DNA from: a virus
Taxonomy: Duplodnaviria > Caudoviricetes
DNA length: 64,000 nucleotides
Reading direction: 5' to 3' (one strand)
Virus record (IMG/VR): IMGVR_UViG_3300029288_005750
Location: 10,813-74,812 of that record
Of the stretch, positions 40,578 to 50,490 are shown in pieces. The number at the start of each line of letters is the position of its first letter. The first letter of the stretch is position 1. The notes under the pieces were generated by a model, which worked only from the letters and a program-made list of their open reading frames with translations, searched no databases and had not been told where the DNA came from. The position numbers were made by a program, and so were the translations under genes.

Positions 40578-41300
40578 TTATAATTTTGTTTTAAATTTTG
40601 GATTAAAAAAATAACATTCTAATCGTTCTATATTCCAAGGATTGATAGTGTCTTCTATTAATAATTCCACTACTTTTTTATAAAACTCTTTACTTCTAAT
40701 ATGAGCATGTTCTTTTAAAATCCCGAAATGTCCTCCAGGAATAAATTCATATAGATTAGGTTTTTCATAATCAAATAGTAAATTCCATATTTTATCTACA
40801 TTTATTCTAGGATTATAATCATGTGGATGTCCATTACTTTCACATACCAAAACTTTCCCAGAATCAAATTGTCGTGATGTAGACAATTCCCACATAGTTC
40901 CAACACTTAAAGCTTGAATGTTATCGCTAATATCTTTGACTTCAATTTTTTTGGGAGCTTGAAGACTATTAAAATGAAATCCCCAATATCCTCCTATTTT
41001 TAAAGCTGCACACTCATTGCATTTATCAACTCCGTCATTTATCACCTCAACTATATTTTCCCAATGGTCAAAGGGATAATCTTGAGCAAAAAAGGTTAAA
41101 TCAGATAAGTTATCATAATTTATATATATATGATTAAAAAAAGAATGAACACACCTTCCCAGGTTTTGTTCGACAAATATTTCATTTGGATTATTTGTAT
41201 TAATTCCTTTTCTATATATAGTTTTTTTGATATCTGTATTCAATTTATCCATCCAAGATAAATTTTTATCATATGCAGCAATCACAATCTCTTTAGTCAT
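40578..41300 (-). CDS. DUF3431-like (GT-A-related) protein
   Basis: IVIAAYDKNLSW...NLGR...HIYINYDNL...FFAQDYPFDH...IERL. Confidence 0.7.
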   Translation of the reverse strand: MTKEIVIAAYDKNLSWMDKLNTDIKKTIYRKGINTNNPNEIFVEQNLGRCVHSFFNHIYINYDNLSDLTFFAQDYPFDHWENIVEVINDGVDKCNECAALKIGGYWGFHFNSLQAPKKIEVKDISDNIQALSVGTMWELSTSRQFDSGKVLVCESNGHPHDYNPRINVDKIWNLLFDYEKPNLYEFIPGGHFGILKEHAHIRSKEFYKKVVELLIEDTINPWNIERLECYFFNPKFKTKL

Positions 41301-41309
41301 TTTATATGA

Positions 41310-41669
41310 TTATAGTTTAACATCTTTAATTCCTACGTTTCTTTTAGTTGTTATAGCAAATGCAGTTTTAACATTATTTGGCTTATCATCATTAATTAAT
41401 ATTCTATCACCACTACTAATTCCCATAATTAATTGGTCATAAAATATTCCAGCATCTATCAATTGTTTTTCAGTAATAATACGCATACATTCTTTTCTTC
41501 CAGTTACTAAGATGATAGTATAACCATTTCTTTCCCACTCATTAATTGCATCAAGTGTTCCTGGCAGTAATTCCAACGGATGCGTTAATTGTGCTGATAA
41601 ATTTCCATGATGTTTAATTAAAGTTCCATCTATATCGCAGAATATTGTTTTTGGTCTTTCTTTTGTCAT
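41310..41669 (-). CDS. Minimal HAD phosphatase
   Basis: FCDIDGTL motif I; LVTGR motif II; RILINDDK. Confidence 0.8.
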   Translation of the reverse strand: MTKERPKTIFCDIDGTLIKHHGNLSAQLTHPLELLPGTLDAINEWERNGYTIILVTGRKECMRIITEKQLIDAGIFYDQLIMGISSGDRILINDDKPNNVKTAFAITTKRNVGIKDVKL

Positions 41670-41680
41670 GTGTTTTAATT

Positions 41681-42322
41681 TTATATATTATTTGGAAAAT
41701 CTAAACCAGTATATAACTTATATTGGTATTTGGCTTGTATTAGTGCCAACCTTTTTCCCATTTTTGTTGAAACTATTGAATCAATATAAAAGTTACTATC
41801 ATCAACAACAATATCTGATACAGGAGTGCAATTATATACAATTGAATTCTTTATATTTTTTATATCAGCCCACTTTTCTCTGCATATTGTTCCATAATGA
41901 AGCTTTAATTTCTTTGCTGCGTACCTTATTGACGCAGCATACCCACCATTTCCTAAAATAACTAAATTATTATATTTTAAATTTTCTGATAATACTTCTT
42001 TTGCTGATATAAAATCAGTATTATATGCTTTTAAAATACCATTATCATTTATCACAGTGTTTGCTGCACCAATTGCTATAGCATCATCACTAATTACATC
42101 AACATATTTTAAAATTTCTTTTTTATATGGCATTGTTATGGCAAATCCCTTAAAATTTAAAGTTCTTGCTGCATTTACTGCTTCTTTTATGTTATTGACA
42201 GAAAAAGACTTATATAAAGCATTTATTTTATCTAATTCAAAAGCTTTATTAAATATCATACAACCTGTATTACCCGCTTCTTTAGCGAACGAGCAAAATA
42301 TTAATGTGTCTTTATTTATCAT
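41681..42322 (-). CDS. Shikimate dehydrogenase-like protein (SdhL-type)
   Basis: MINKDT start; GFAITMPYK; AANTVINDNGILKAYNTD; LGNGGYA. Confidence 0.78.
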   Translation of the reverse strand: MINKDTLIFCSFAKEAGNTGCMIFNKAFELDKINALYKSFSVNNIKEAVNAARTLNFKGFAITMPYKKEILKYVDVISDDAIAIGAANTVINDNGILKAYNTDFISAKEVLSENLKYNNLVILGNGGYAASIRYAAKKLKLHYGTICREKWADIKNIKNSIVYNCTPVSDIVVDDSNFYIDSIVSTKMGKRLALIQAKYQYKLYTGLDFPNNI

Positions 42323-43232
42323 TCAATACGTTTAAAATTTTTTCTTTTATTTTATTTTCACTTAAGCCGTATTTGTTATACAATTCAGCAGGAATACCTG
42401 ATTCCGGGAAAACATCATTAATTCCAATTCTTGTTAATTTAGAGTTTAATCCATTATCAGCAATTATTTCTGAAATTATTGAACCAAGTCCACCAATAAT
42501 TGAGTGGTCTTCAATGGTGATTATTTTAGAGTATTCTGATAATATGTTATTTAATTCTAAATCGATAGGTTTTAATGTAGTAATGTTTAAAATAGTTACA
42601 TTTAAATCTTTTGCGGCATTAATAACATCTGATAATATGCATCCCGTTGATAAAATGATGGCATTTTTACCTGTTTTAATAACTTGAGCTTTACCAAAGT
42701 TAAATTGAAAATTTTCTTCGAAAACTTCTTCTACTGGTTGACGCCCAATTCTTACATAATGTGGCGTATGTAATTCTGTATCACATAAGTATTTAATTAC
42801 GCTTTTTGTTTCATTAAATGTGGCTGGGTTTAATACAACCATATTTGGCAATGACCTCATTAAAGACAAATCTTCTAATCCCATCTGGGTAACACCATCT
42901 TTGCCAATAGATAATCCGCAATGGGTACCAATTAATATAACAGGAGCTTTAGAATATGCCAACGAAATTCTAATCGTATCATATTTTCCTGTTAAAAAAG
43001 ATGCAAAAGATGCAATAAAAACTTTGTACCCATATTCTGAAAGCCCTGATGCAATACCAATCATATTGTTTTCTGCAATACCAACTTCAAATAATCTATC
43101 TGGGAAAGCCTTCCCAAATTCCGCTATTTTTGTTGCTTTGCCTAAATCAGCATTCAATGCTAATATGTTTTTATGCTTTCTACCTGATTCAACTAGTTGT
43201 TCTCCGAAAGCTTCTCTTGTTGCTCTATTCAT
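42312..43232 (-). CDS. Transketolase, C-terminal (pyrimidine-binding) subunit
   Basis: ATREAFG; EVGIAENNM; GKDGVTQMGLED; ITIEDHSIIGGLG. Confidence 0.9.
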   Translation of the reverse strand: MNRATREAFGEQLVESGRKHKNILALNADLGKATKIAEFGKAFPDRLFEVGIAENNMIGIASGLSEYGYKVFIASFASFLTGKYDTIRISLAYSKAPVILIGTHCGLSIGKDGVTQMGLEDLSLMRSLPNMVVLNPATFNETKSVIKYLCDTELHTPHYVRIGRQPVEEVFEENFQFNFGKAQVIKTGKNAIILSTGCILSDVINAAKDLNVTILNITTLKPIDLELNNILSEYSKIITIEDHSIIGGLGSIISEIIADNGLNSKLTRIGINDVFPESGIPAELYNKYGLSENKIKEKILNVLNDK

Positions 43233-44004
43233 AATTATTTAATTCTTTTTTTGCTAAAAAATACTCTTCCTTTGTTGGTACCTTTGCATGCCACTCAGCA
43301 CCTTCCATAAAAGAAACCCCTTTCCCTTTTATAGTATTCATTATTATACATATTGGTATATCAGTTTTTGTATTTATAGAAGATTTGATTTGGGAAATAT
43401 CATGGCCATCAATTTCTATTACATTCCATCCAAAACCTTCCATTTTTATTTTAAGATTACCAAGGTCAAGTATATCTTTAACATATCCATCATTTTGTGC
43501 TTTATTATAGTCAATTAAACAAATTAAATTATTTAATTTATATTTTGGAGCCAACATAAATCCTTCCCATATTTGACCTTCTTGAATTTCTCCGTCACCA
43601 AGAATACAAAATATTTTATTATCTATTTTTTTTAATTTGCTAGCTAAAGCATGACCAATTGCAATGCTTAAACCTTGTCCTAATGACCCTGTTGTGGCAT
43701 GTATGTATTTTAATTTATTCTTATCTGGATGTCCTTGCAATGCAGAGTTTATTTCTCTAAATGTATTTAAATCATCATTGTTTAATAGCCCTATTTCATA
43801 TAATGCAGCATATATAACTGGAACAGCGTGTCCTTTAGATAATATTAATTTATCTTTGTTTATCATATCGTGTTCTGAATATAAATAAGCTATTAATTCA
43901 GCCAAAGAAAAACTCCCGCCAATGTGACCTGAGCCTTTTTTATAAACCATATCTAATATATGGTGTCTTAATTTATTAGGTTTAATTTTCATTTTCTTGA
44001 ACAT
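43225..44004 (-). CDS. Transketolase, N-terminal (ThDP-binding) subunit
   Basis: SGHIGGS; LSKGHA; LQGHP; TGSLGQG; GDGEIQEG...N ThDP motif. Confidence 0.9.
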   Translation of the reverse strand: MFKKMKIKPNKLRHHILDMVYKKGSGHIGGSFSLAELIAYLYSEHDMINKDKLILSKGHAVPVIYAALYEIGLLNNDDLNTFREINSALQGHPDKNKLKYIHATTGSLGQGLSIAIGHALASKLKKIDNKIFCILGDGEIQEGQIWEGFMLAPKYKLNNLICLIDYNKAQNDGYVKDILDLGNLKIKMEGFGWNVIEIDGHDISQIKSSINTKTDIPICIIMNTIKGKGVSFMEGAEWHAKVPTKEEYFLAKKELNNYE

Positions 44005-44611
44005 ATTTTTTTAATAATCCTACTATAATATGACTAATCTTTGATATTACATCTTCATAATGAAAATTGTTGTTATTTCCCCCTGTGTTACCAGGAAATT
44101 TTGATATACCTTTAACTCTTAAGATTAAATCAGCATATTCGTCAGATTTAGTATTTTCGTTTCTTGTTATTAAAACAGTTTTCATGTTCATAGTCTTTGC
44201 AATTTTTAAAGCCTCAACTATGTTTTTGGAATTACCAGAACCAGACATGGCAAATAATATATCATTTGCTTCGGCTTGATATTTTAATTGCTCTGAAAAT
44301 ATTTTTTCAAAACCTATATCATTAACCATACCCGTAATGGCTGCTGGTGAGTCACATAGACTAATTGCATGAAATTTATTTCTTTTCCCCTTTCTTTCTG
44401 TTTTGTCTTCAGATACAAATGGATGCATGTTTAAATCTAAAACCAAGTTACAAACAGATGCGACATTACCTCCATTACCACAAGAAAATATCTTATTTTC
44501 GTTTTTATATGCAACTAAAATCATATTATAAAATCTTATAATATCTTCAGTTGATATAGATAAAAAAGCATTGTTTGATTCTTCTTTATATAAATCTATT
44601 AACTCTTTCAT
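43982..44611 (-). CDS. SIS-domain sugar-phosphate isomerase (GmhA-like)
   Basis: CGNGGN; NDIGFEKIFSEQL; MSGSGNSKNIVEA. Confidence 0.82.
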   Translation of the reverse strand: MKELIDLYKEESNNAFLSISTEDIIRFYNMILVAYKNENKIFSCGNGGNVASVCNLVLDLNMHPFVSEDKTERKGKRNKFHAISLCDSPAAITGMVNDIGFEKIFSEQLKYQAEANDILFAMSGSGNSKNIVEALKIAKTMNMKTVLITRNENTKSDEYADLILRVKGISKFPGNTGGNNNNFHYEDVISKISHIIVGLLKKYVQENEN

Positions 44612-44719
44612 ATTTTATCATTTATGTGAATTATAATTTAAGTATAATTAAAAATTTAATAAATTTCAAGAATTTTTTTAAAAATATAATTTATTAGAAA
44701 AAATTTTATTTTGAGTGTA

Positions 44720-46252
44720 TCATTTGTGCTTAGATAAAAGATATTTGCCATATAAAAATAAAAACTTCCCATATTCTCCATTATGAAAATTTTTATATAA
44801 ACTACAAATATTCAAATATTGTAAAATTCCTAATAATTTTACATTTTCCCAAGAGTAATTGTTATTGCTACAAAATTTTTCTAATTCATTTAATAAAAAT
44901 AATAAATTTTGTCTTATATAATGAAATATATATGCTCTATTGTCTTCTATACTTATTTTGTAAAGTTTATTATTAACATCTGTACCATTAATTAATAATG
45001 AATGATACATTTTTCCTAAATCATAATAAAAATCGCCAATTTGTAAACTATTTCCGAAAGCTTCTCTCCAATCAATTAATACAAAACTATTGTCATAATA
45101 TATAATGTTTTCTGGTTGAAAATCTCCATGAAACAGACTTGGAATAGAATTTTTATAAATATCATCCCAATTTATGCTTTTTAGCATATTTTCAATTGAA
45201 TCTACTCTAATTCCATTAACATATTCTATTTTATCTATATCAGTTTTCGAAAAATATTCACACCTACTGATGGTTTTTTCATAATACATTTTTTTGCAAT
45301 TATTTATAAATTGCTCATTTTTTTCAAAATTTCTATTTCCTAAATTGTCAAACCAAAAGGGTATAATTTTTTTTAATATATTATCGTCATTAATAGTTGA
45401 CAACAGTTTTCCATTAATAAACTTATAATAATACATATTATCATGTATTCTTTCAACAATTGGGCAGGTTTTGTTTAAATATTTTACCCTTTCTATTCTG
45501 TTTTCAACGGTTTTATTATTTGAAAAATATTTTATAACTGATGTATCTTCAATAAAAATTACTTCATTATCTTTTTCTGCAACAATATTATTACTAAAAA
45601 CTTTTTTTGTAAAACAATAAGAATCATTATTACCTATATCATACCATTTAAAAAATTTAAGTTCTATTCTTTCTAAATTATTAAATCCATTCAAAACTTG
45701 ATGTTCGTTTTTTATAATTTTCTTATCATTTAAACTATTCCAAAAGACTTCATAATCGTAAATTCCGGCTATACCTATAAAACATTTATCTCCTAAACCA
45801 TAATAAAATTTATTTAAATATATATCCCCGTCTACCAGACAATACTGCTCAGATTTATCTTTATCTATTTTAGATATACCAATCCAGTTATTTTTTAAAT
45901 TAAAAAAATAGTCTTCTTCGGTAATGGTATCAACTGATGTGAATATAAATGGTGATTGTAAATGTTCTTTGCAGGATAACAAACTTAATCCAGGACCAGA
46001 GCCAATGCCATCATAATTTTCTATATCAACATATGTTATTTTTCTGTCACTATGAGTTTTATTTAAATATGACTTTATTTGGTCTGATTTAAATCCTACA
46101 GCAATTATAATCTCTACATCTTTTGGAGTTTTTTCTATAATCCTTGAGATGGCCGCTTTATTTTCTAGTGGCAATAATGCTTTATGTAAACCTTCTACTG
46201 CTTTGTTTCTAGTTCCTTTTCCTGCAGCTAAAATACAAAATTTATAATTCAT
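44720..46252 (-). CDS. Nucleotidyltransferase / APH-choline-kinase-like phosphotransferase fusion
   Basis: N-terminal ILAAGKGTR...HKALLP; WYDIGN; C-terminal FHGDFQPENI...LIDW. Confidence 0.8.
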   Translation of the reverse strand: MNYKFCILAAGKGTRNKAVEGLHKALLPLENKAAISRIIEKTPKDVEIIIAVGFKSDQIKSYLNKTHSDRKITYVDIENYDGIGSGPGLSLLSCKEHLQSPFIFTSVDTITEEDYFFNLKNNWIGISKIDKDKSEQYCLVDGDIYLNKFYYGLGDKCFIGIAGIYDYEVFWNSLNDKKIIKNEHQVLNGFNNLERIELKFFKWYDIGNNDSYCFTKKVFSNNIVAEKDNEVIFIEDTSVIKYFSNNKTVENRIERVKYLNKTCPIVERIHDNMYYYKFINGKLLSTINDDNILKKIIPFWFDNLGNRNFEKNEQFINNCKKMYYEKTISRCEYFSKTDIDKIEYVNGIRVDSIENMLKSINWDDIYKNSIPSLFHGDFQPENIIYYDNSFVLIDWREAFGNSLQIGDFYYDLGKMYHSLLINGTDVNNKLYKISIEDNRAYIFHYIRQNLLFLLNELEKFCSNNNYSWENVKLLGILQYLNICSLYKNFHNGEYGKFLFLYGKYLLSKHK

Positions 46253-46721
46253 GTTCTGTGTTTATTTTTCCAGATGCTCTATTTGAATCATCTTCATATC
46301 TTATTACATCATTTAAATGTGGTGTTGATACTTCTAATGCCGTATAGTCGGTTTTTGCAATAACCCTATGTTTTTTACCTATTGGAACAGACCACCCACT
46401 GCCTACTTTAAATATTTCAGAAATTAATTTTCCTTCTTCGTTTTCTAATAAAACCTCTGCTTCTCCAGAAATTACATAGTTAGTTTCATATTTATTTTTA
46501 TGTAATTGTAAACTACTTTGATTTCCCGCTTTCATATAAATTAATTTATAAGCATAATATTCATTTAATTCCAACCACAATTCATAACCCCAGGGTTTAT
46601 CTACTTTATAATTACTTATTGATAAATTACTTGGTTTTTTATTATCGATTTTTTCTTTATATTCTTCTAGAGTCTCTCTAATTAGAATATCTGTAATGTG
46701 ACTAAAGTTAGTGTTTTTCAT
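46242..46721 (-). CDS. Cupin (mannose-6-phosphate isomerase type II C-terminal-like)
   Basis: VDKPWGYE...SLQLHKNKYET...HRV...EVSTP. Confidence 0.8.
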   Translation of the reverse strand: MKNTNFSHITDILIRETLEEYKEKIDNKKPSNLSISNYKVDKPWGYELWLELNEYYAYKLIYMKAGNQSSLQLHKNKYETNYVISGEAEVLLENEEGKLISEIFKVGSGWSVPIGKKHRVIAKTDYTALEVSTPHLNDVIRYEDDSNRASGKINTEHEL

Positions 46722-46722
46722 A

Positions 46723-48243
46723 TTATTTGTTATTTAATAATTTATGTTTAATTACCATTAGTTTTTCAAACATTTCTTCTCCTTTACTATCATTTTTTTC
46801 TGCAACTTTAATATCAGGATAATATGATTTTGGTAGCATAACATAAAGGACAAATGTTTTTTCTAATCCATATATTTCTTCTTTTGACATCGACGGCATA
46901 TCTAATAAACTCTTATCAAAAAAAGAAATTAAAATTTCTTCTTCTCCAGTAATATATTTTTTTTCCATTGCAATGTCACGTAACTTTGTACCTGAGAATG
47001 GAATAAATGTGAACACGTTTAACGTGTGCTTGCCCTTAAGAATTTTAGATACTTTTCTATTTAATTTTATAGTTTCAAATACATCACTTCTTCTTTCATC
47101 GGGTAAACCAATCATGTTATTAATTCCAGGTGTAATATCATATTTGGCTAATTCTTTAAAAGCTGATATTATTTGCTTATTTGATAAACGTTTATTTAAT
47201 AAATCTTTTCTTGTTTTTTCAGAGCCATGTTCCAATCCAACTGCAACAGTTTTGCATCCCATTTCAGCCAATAATTTAGTTTTTTCTTCAGTAAGTGTGT
47301 CTAACCTACTTTGACATGAAAATGGAATCCCAACTTCGTTTTTATAACGAATTGCAAATTTTTTAAATAATTTTAAAGGTAAAGCGGTAAACGTTTCTGA
47401 AACAAACAATAAATGATTAATGTCAAATTGTTTAACTAAACTATTTATGTCTTGAAATATTTTATCAAATGTTTTAGTTCTATAATATTTCCCAATATTT
47501 TCATTTTTGGATAAATTCATTAATGCAGGTGCAGCGCAATATGTACATGAAAATGGACAACCTCTGTCCGTATCAATTACCATAGTTCTTACCACATTCC
47601 CAAAAAATGGTCTATAAAATCTATAATATTCATATATTGAAAAATCTGGAGTTGGTAATTTATTAATATCAATTAATGACCTAAGCTTGTTTTTAATAAT
47701 TAACCCATTTTTGTTTTTTAAATAAATATTTTTAATATTAGAACAATCTTCTTTTTTATATAATTTATTAGCTAATTCAACTAATGCTTCTTCTCCTTCT
47801 CCAATACATACAAAATTAACCATATTACTATTTAATATTTTTTCATATCCAAAAGTTGCCCCCACTCCACCAAAAATAATTGGGATATTTTTGTTTTTGA
47901 TTTTTTCAATAAATGTATATGAAAAGGGAATTGTGCTATCTAATACTGAAAACCCTATCAAATTAGGCTTATATTCCTCAACAATTTTAACAAAATCTTC
48001 ATAAATATCAACATCTTTTGCTTTAAAATATTCATCTATTTTCGTTGGCTTGACATGCCCTAATTTAGCACGCATTTCATCATTTGTCTGTGTGCTTTTT
48101 GGTTTATATATTGTACAATCAAATAATTTAACATCAAACCCATCATTTTTTAAACAAGCTGATAATATTGCTAAATTACTGGGAGCAGCGCCCAACAATG
48201 GTTCATTCGGATAAAATAATAGTATTTTAAAATTTTTATTCAT
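46723..48243 (-). CDS. B12-binding radical SAM enzyme (class B-like), paralogue 1
   Basis: IIFGGVGAT; CIGEGE; RGCPFSCTYC; VGLEHG; MIGLP; start placed at MNKNFK. Confidence 0.85.
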   Translation of the reverse strand: MNKNFKILLFYPNEPLLGAAPSNLAILSACLKNDGFDVKLFDCTIYKPKSTQTNDEMRAKLGHVKPTKIDEYFKAKDVDIYEDFVKIVEEYKPNLIGFSVLDSTIPFSYTFIEKIKNKNIPIIFGGVGATFGYEKILNSNMVNFVCIGEGEEALVELANKLYKKEDCSNIKNIYLKNKNGLIIKNKLRSLIDINKLPTPDFSIYEYYRFYRPFFGNVVRTMVIDTDRGCPFSCTYCAAPALMNLSKNENIGKYYRTKTFDKIFQDINSLVKQFDINHLLFVSETFTALPLKLFKKFAIRYKNEVGIPFSCQSRLDTLTEEKTKLLAEMGCKTVAVGLEHGSEKTRKDLLNKRLSNKQIISAFKELAKYDITPGINNMIGLPDERRSDVFETIKLNRKVSKILKGKHTLNVFTFIPFSGTKLRDIAMEKKYITGEEEILISFFDKSLLDMPSMSKEEIYGLEKTFVLYVMLPKSYYPDIKVAEKNDSKGEEMFEKLMVIKHKLLNNK

Positions 48244-48256
48244 TTTACTGTTATTT

Positions 48257-48931
48257 TTACTTTCTACCTCCGTATATTTTTGTAAAATATTCCAATTGGT
48301 CATTAATTACAGCAGAGGCTTTAGGAATAAAATCCCCTTCTATTGAATATTTTTTTATATCTACACCTTCTTGTGAAAGGCATATTCCCATAATTCTTTC
48401 TTTTACACTTGATTCAAATTTATTATTTGGCAATAATGCTTTTGACAATCCCTTTTTAACTAGATTTGATATGATATCCTGTTTATAAATACAATTTGCT
48501 CCAAATACTCCAACATGTCCAATGTTCGAAATAGGACTATACTCTGTTAAAGATAATACTTTTTGCACATATTCTAGTTCTCTGGGCATAAAAGGTAATT
48601 CATTAAAATACATTAAATTCCAAGTATTTTCATCATATAAAAATTGGGCAAAGCTTTTTTTTAAAATCATACTATCTTGTATTAAAAAATAGTATTTTTC
48701 ATTTGGGTATTCCTCAAAACCTTTCCATAAGGCTCCGGCGCCATAATTAATATTTATATAATCAGAAATTCTTATATTCGAAAATTCCTTTAATTTGTTT
48801 AAATAACTTTTATCATCGGAATTTGAATCAATTACTAAAATAGGTTCATTTGGGTGAAACTTTGAAATTGCTCCTACACAGTCGAAAATTCTACTGGCAT
48901 TCACTACATATTTGCTGGGTATTATAAACAT
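48257..48931 (-). CDS. GT2-like glycosyltransferase
   Basis: FIIP...ILVIDSNSDD...YFLIQDS. Confidence 0.6.
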   Translation of the reverse strand: MFIIPSKYVVNASRIFDCVGAISKFHPNEPILVIDSNSDDKSYLNKLKEFSNIRISDYININYGAGALWKGFEEYPNEKYYFLIQDSMILKKSFAQFLYDENTWNLMYFNELPFMPRELEYVQKVLSLTEYSPISNIGHVGVFGANCIYKQDIISNLVKKGLSKALLPNNKFESSVKERIMGICLSQEGVDIKKYSIEGDFIPKASAVINDQLEYFTKIYGGRK

Positions 48932-48941
48932 ATTTTATATT

Positions 48942-50456
48942 TTATTTATTATATATTTCATTTAATTTATTAAACATCATTAATCCTTCTTCTGTATTTT
49001 TCTCTGCTAATTTAATATTATTCCAATGCTTTTTATCAAGTTTGATATACAAATGTGCAGTTTTTTCTAACCCAGATATTTCTTCTTTAGACAATTGAGG
49101 CATGGTTAACATACTTTCTTTGTAAAAGGAAAACGATATTTCAGTTTTAGCATCAATAAAACCATTATGAATAGATATTTCCCTTAATTTAGTTCCAGAA
49201 AATGGAATAAAGGTAAATATATTTATATTGTGATTTCCATTTAATATTTTTGATATTTTTCTATTCATTTCAATTGTCTCAAAAATAAGTTCTCTTGTTT
49301 CGTTTGGTAAGCCTAACATACTATTTATTGTTGGTCTAATATTATATTTAGCTAGCAATTCAAATCCCTTAAATATTGATTCGTTTGATAATTTTTTATT
49401 CAAAATTTTTGTTCTAAAATTCTCATTCCCATGTTCTAACCCAACTGATACAGACTGACATCCCATTTTTTTAAGTAATGATGTTTTTTCTTCTGTAAAA
49501 CTATCAAGCCTAGTTTGACACCAAAATGGTAAATTAATTTCTTTTATATATCTTTCTGCAAAATTTTTAAATTTATCATATGGCAATGCTAATAATGTTT
49601 CAGAACTAATATATAAAAAATTTATATTAAATTTATTTATTATTTCTTTCGTCTCATTAAAAAATTTATCTATATTTTTAAGCCTATAGTATTTACCAGC
49701 ATTTTCATTTTTGAAAAAATTTCTTAAACTAGGAGCCGCACAATAAGAACAAGAATATGGGCAACCTCTGTCTAAGTCAAATTGTGCCATTCTAACAACT
49801 TTTCCTCCAAAAGGTCTATAGAATCTTTCATCCTCATAAATTGAAAAATCTGGAACAGGTAAATTATCTAAGTTACACAATTCTCTTAGTGGTGGTTTTA
49901 TAACATTGTTCTTTTTATCTAGATAACATATATTTAAAATGCCTTCTGTTGATTTGTTACTTTTTAAATTGTTGCATAATTCGACTAAAGATTGCTCACC
50001 TTCTCCTAAACAAACATAATTTACATATCCAGACTTTAATATTTTTTCATATGAATATAATGCTCCAACTCCTCCAACCACTACTGGAATATTTTTATGT
50101 TTTATTAATTCTAAAAAAGAATATGATATTTGTATAGTACTATCAACTAGCGATATAGCTATAATATTGGGATTATAAGAATTTATTACATTCACAAAAT
50201 CATTATATATGTTTGTTGTTTTTAATGGAGCATATCTGTCAATTTCTGTTTTTTTAGTATGCCCTATTTTTTCTCTTATATTATCTTGTGTTTCAGTTTT
50301 ATTTTCATATCTTATTGATTGATATAACGTAGAATCAAATAATTTAACATCATGACCTGCCGATTTAAGACAAGCAGACAATATTGCCAAATTACTTGGA
50401 ACTACACCAACCCTAGGCTCATTGGGAAAAAAAAATAATATTTTAAATTTATCCAT
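48942..50456 (-). CDS. B12-binding radical SAM enzyme, paralogue 2
   Basis: VVVGGVGA; CLGEGE; RGCPYSCSYC; collinear with paralogue 1; TATATTTG at 50478-50485 upstream. Confidence 0.85.
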   Translation of the reverse strand: MDKFKILFFFPNEPRVGVVPSNLAILSACLKSAGHDVKLFDSTLYQSIRYENKTETQDNIREKIGHTKKTEIDRYAPLKTTNIYNDFVNVINSYNPNIIAISLVDSTIQISYSFLELIKHKNIPVVVGGVGALYSYEKILKSGYVNYVCLGEGEQSLVELCNNLKSNKSTEGILNICYLDKKNNVIKPPLRELCNLDNLPVPDFSIYEDERFYRPFGGKVVRMAQFDLDRGCPYSCSYCAAPSLRNFFKNENAGKYYRLKNIDKFFNETKEIINKFNINFLYISSETLLALPYDKFKNFAERYIKEINLPFWCQTRLDSFTEEKTSLLKKMGCQSVSVGLEHGNENFRTKILNKKLSNESIFKGFELLAKYNIRPTINSMLGLPNETRELIFETIEMNRKISKILNGNHNINIFTFIPFSGTKLREISIHNGFIDAKTEISFSFYKESMLTMPQLSKEEISGLEKTAHLYIKLDKKHWNNIKLAEKNTEEGLMMFNKLNEIYNK

Positions 50457-50490
50457 GTTTTATTATTTGATTTTATACAAATATAATAAA

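Noticed and set aside
42312-44004. Split transketolase as a frameshifted pseudogene
   Set aside because: Two-subunit transketolases are a normal family; both ORFs have proper starts, intact motifs and an 8-nt coupled overlap
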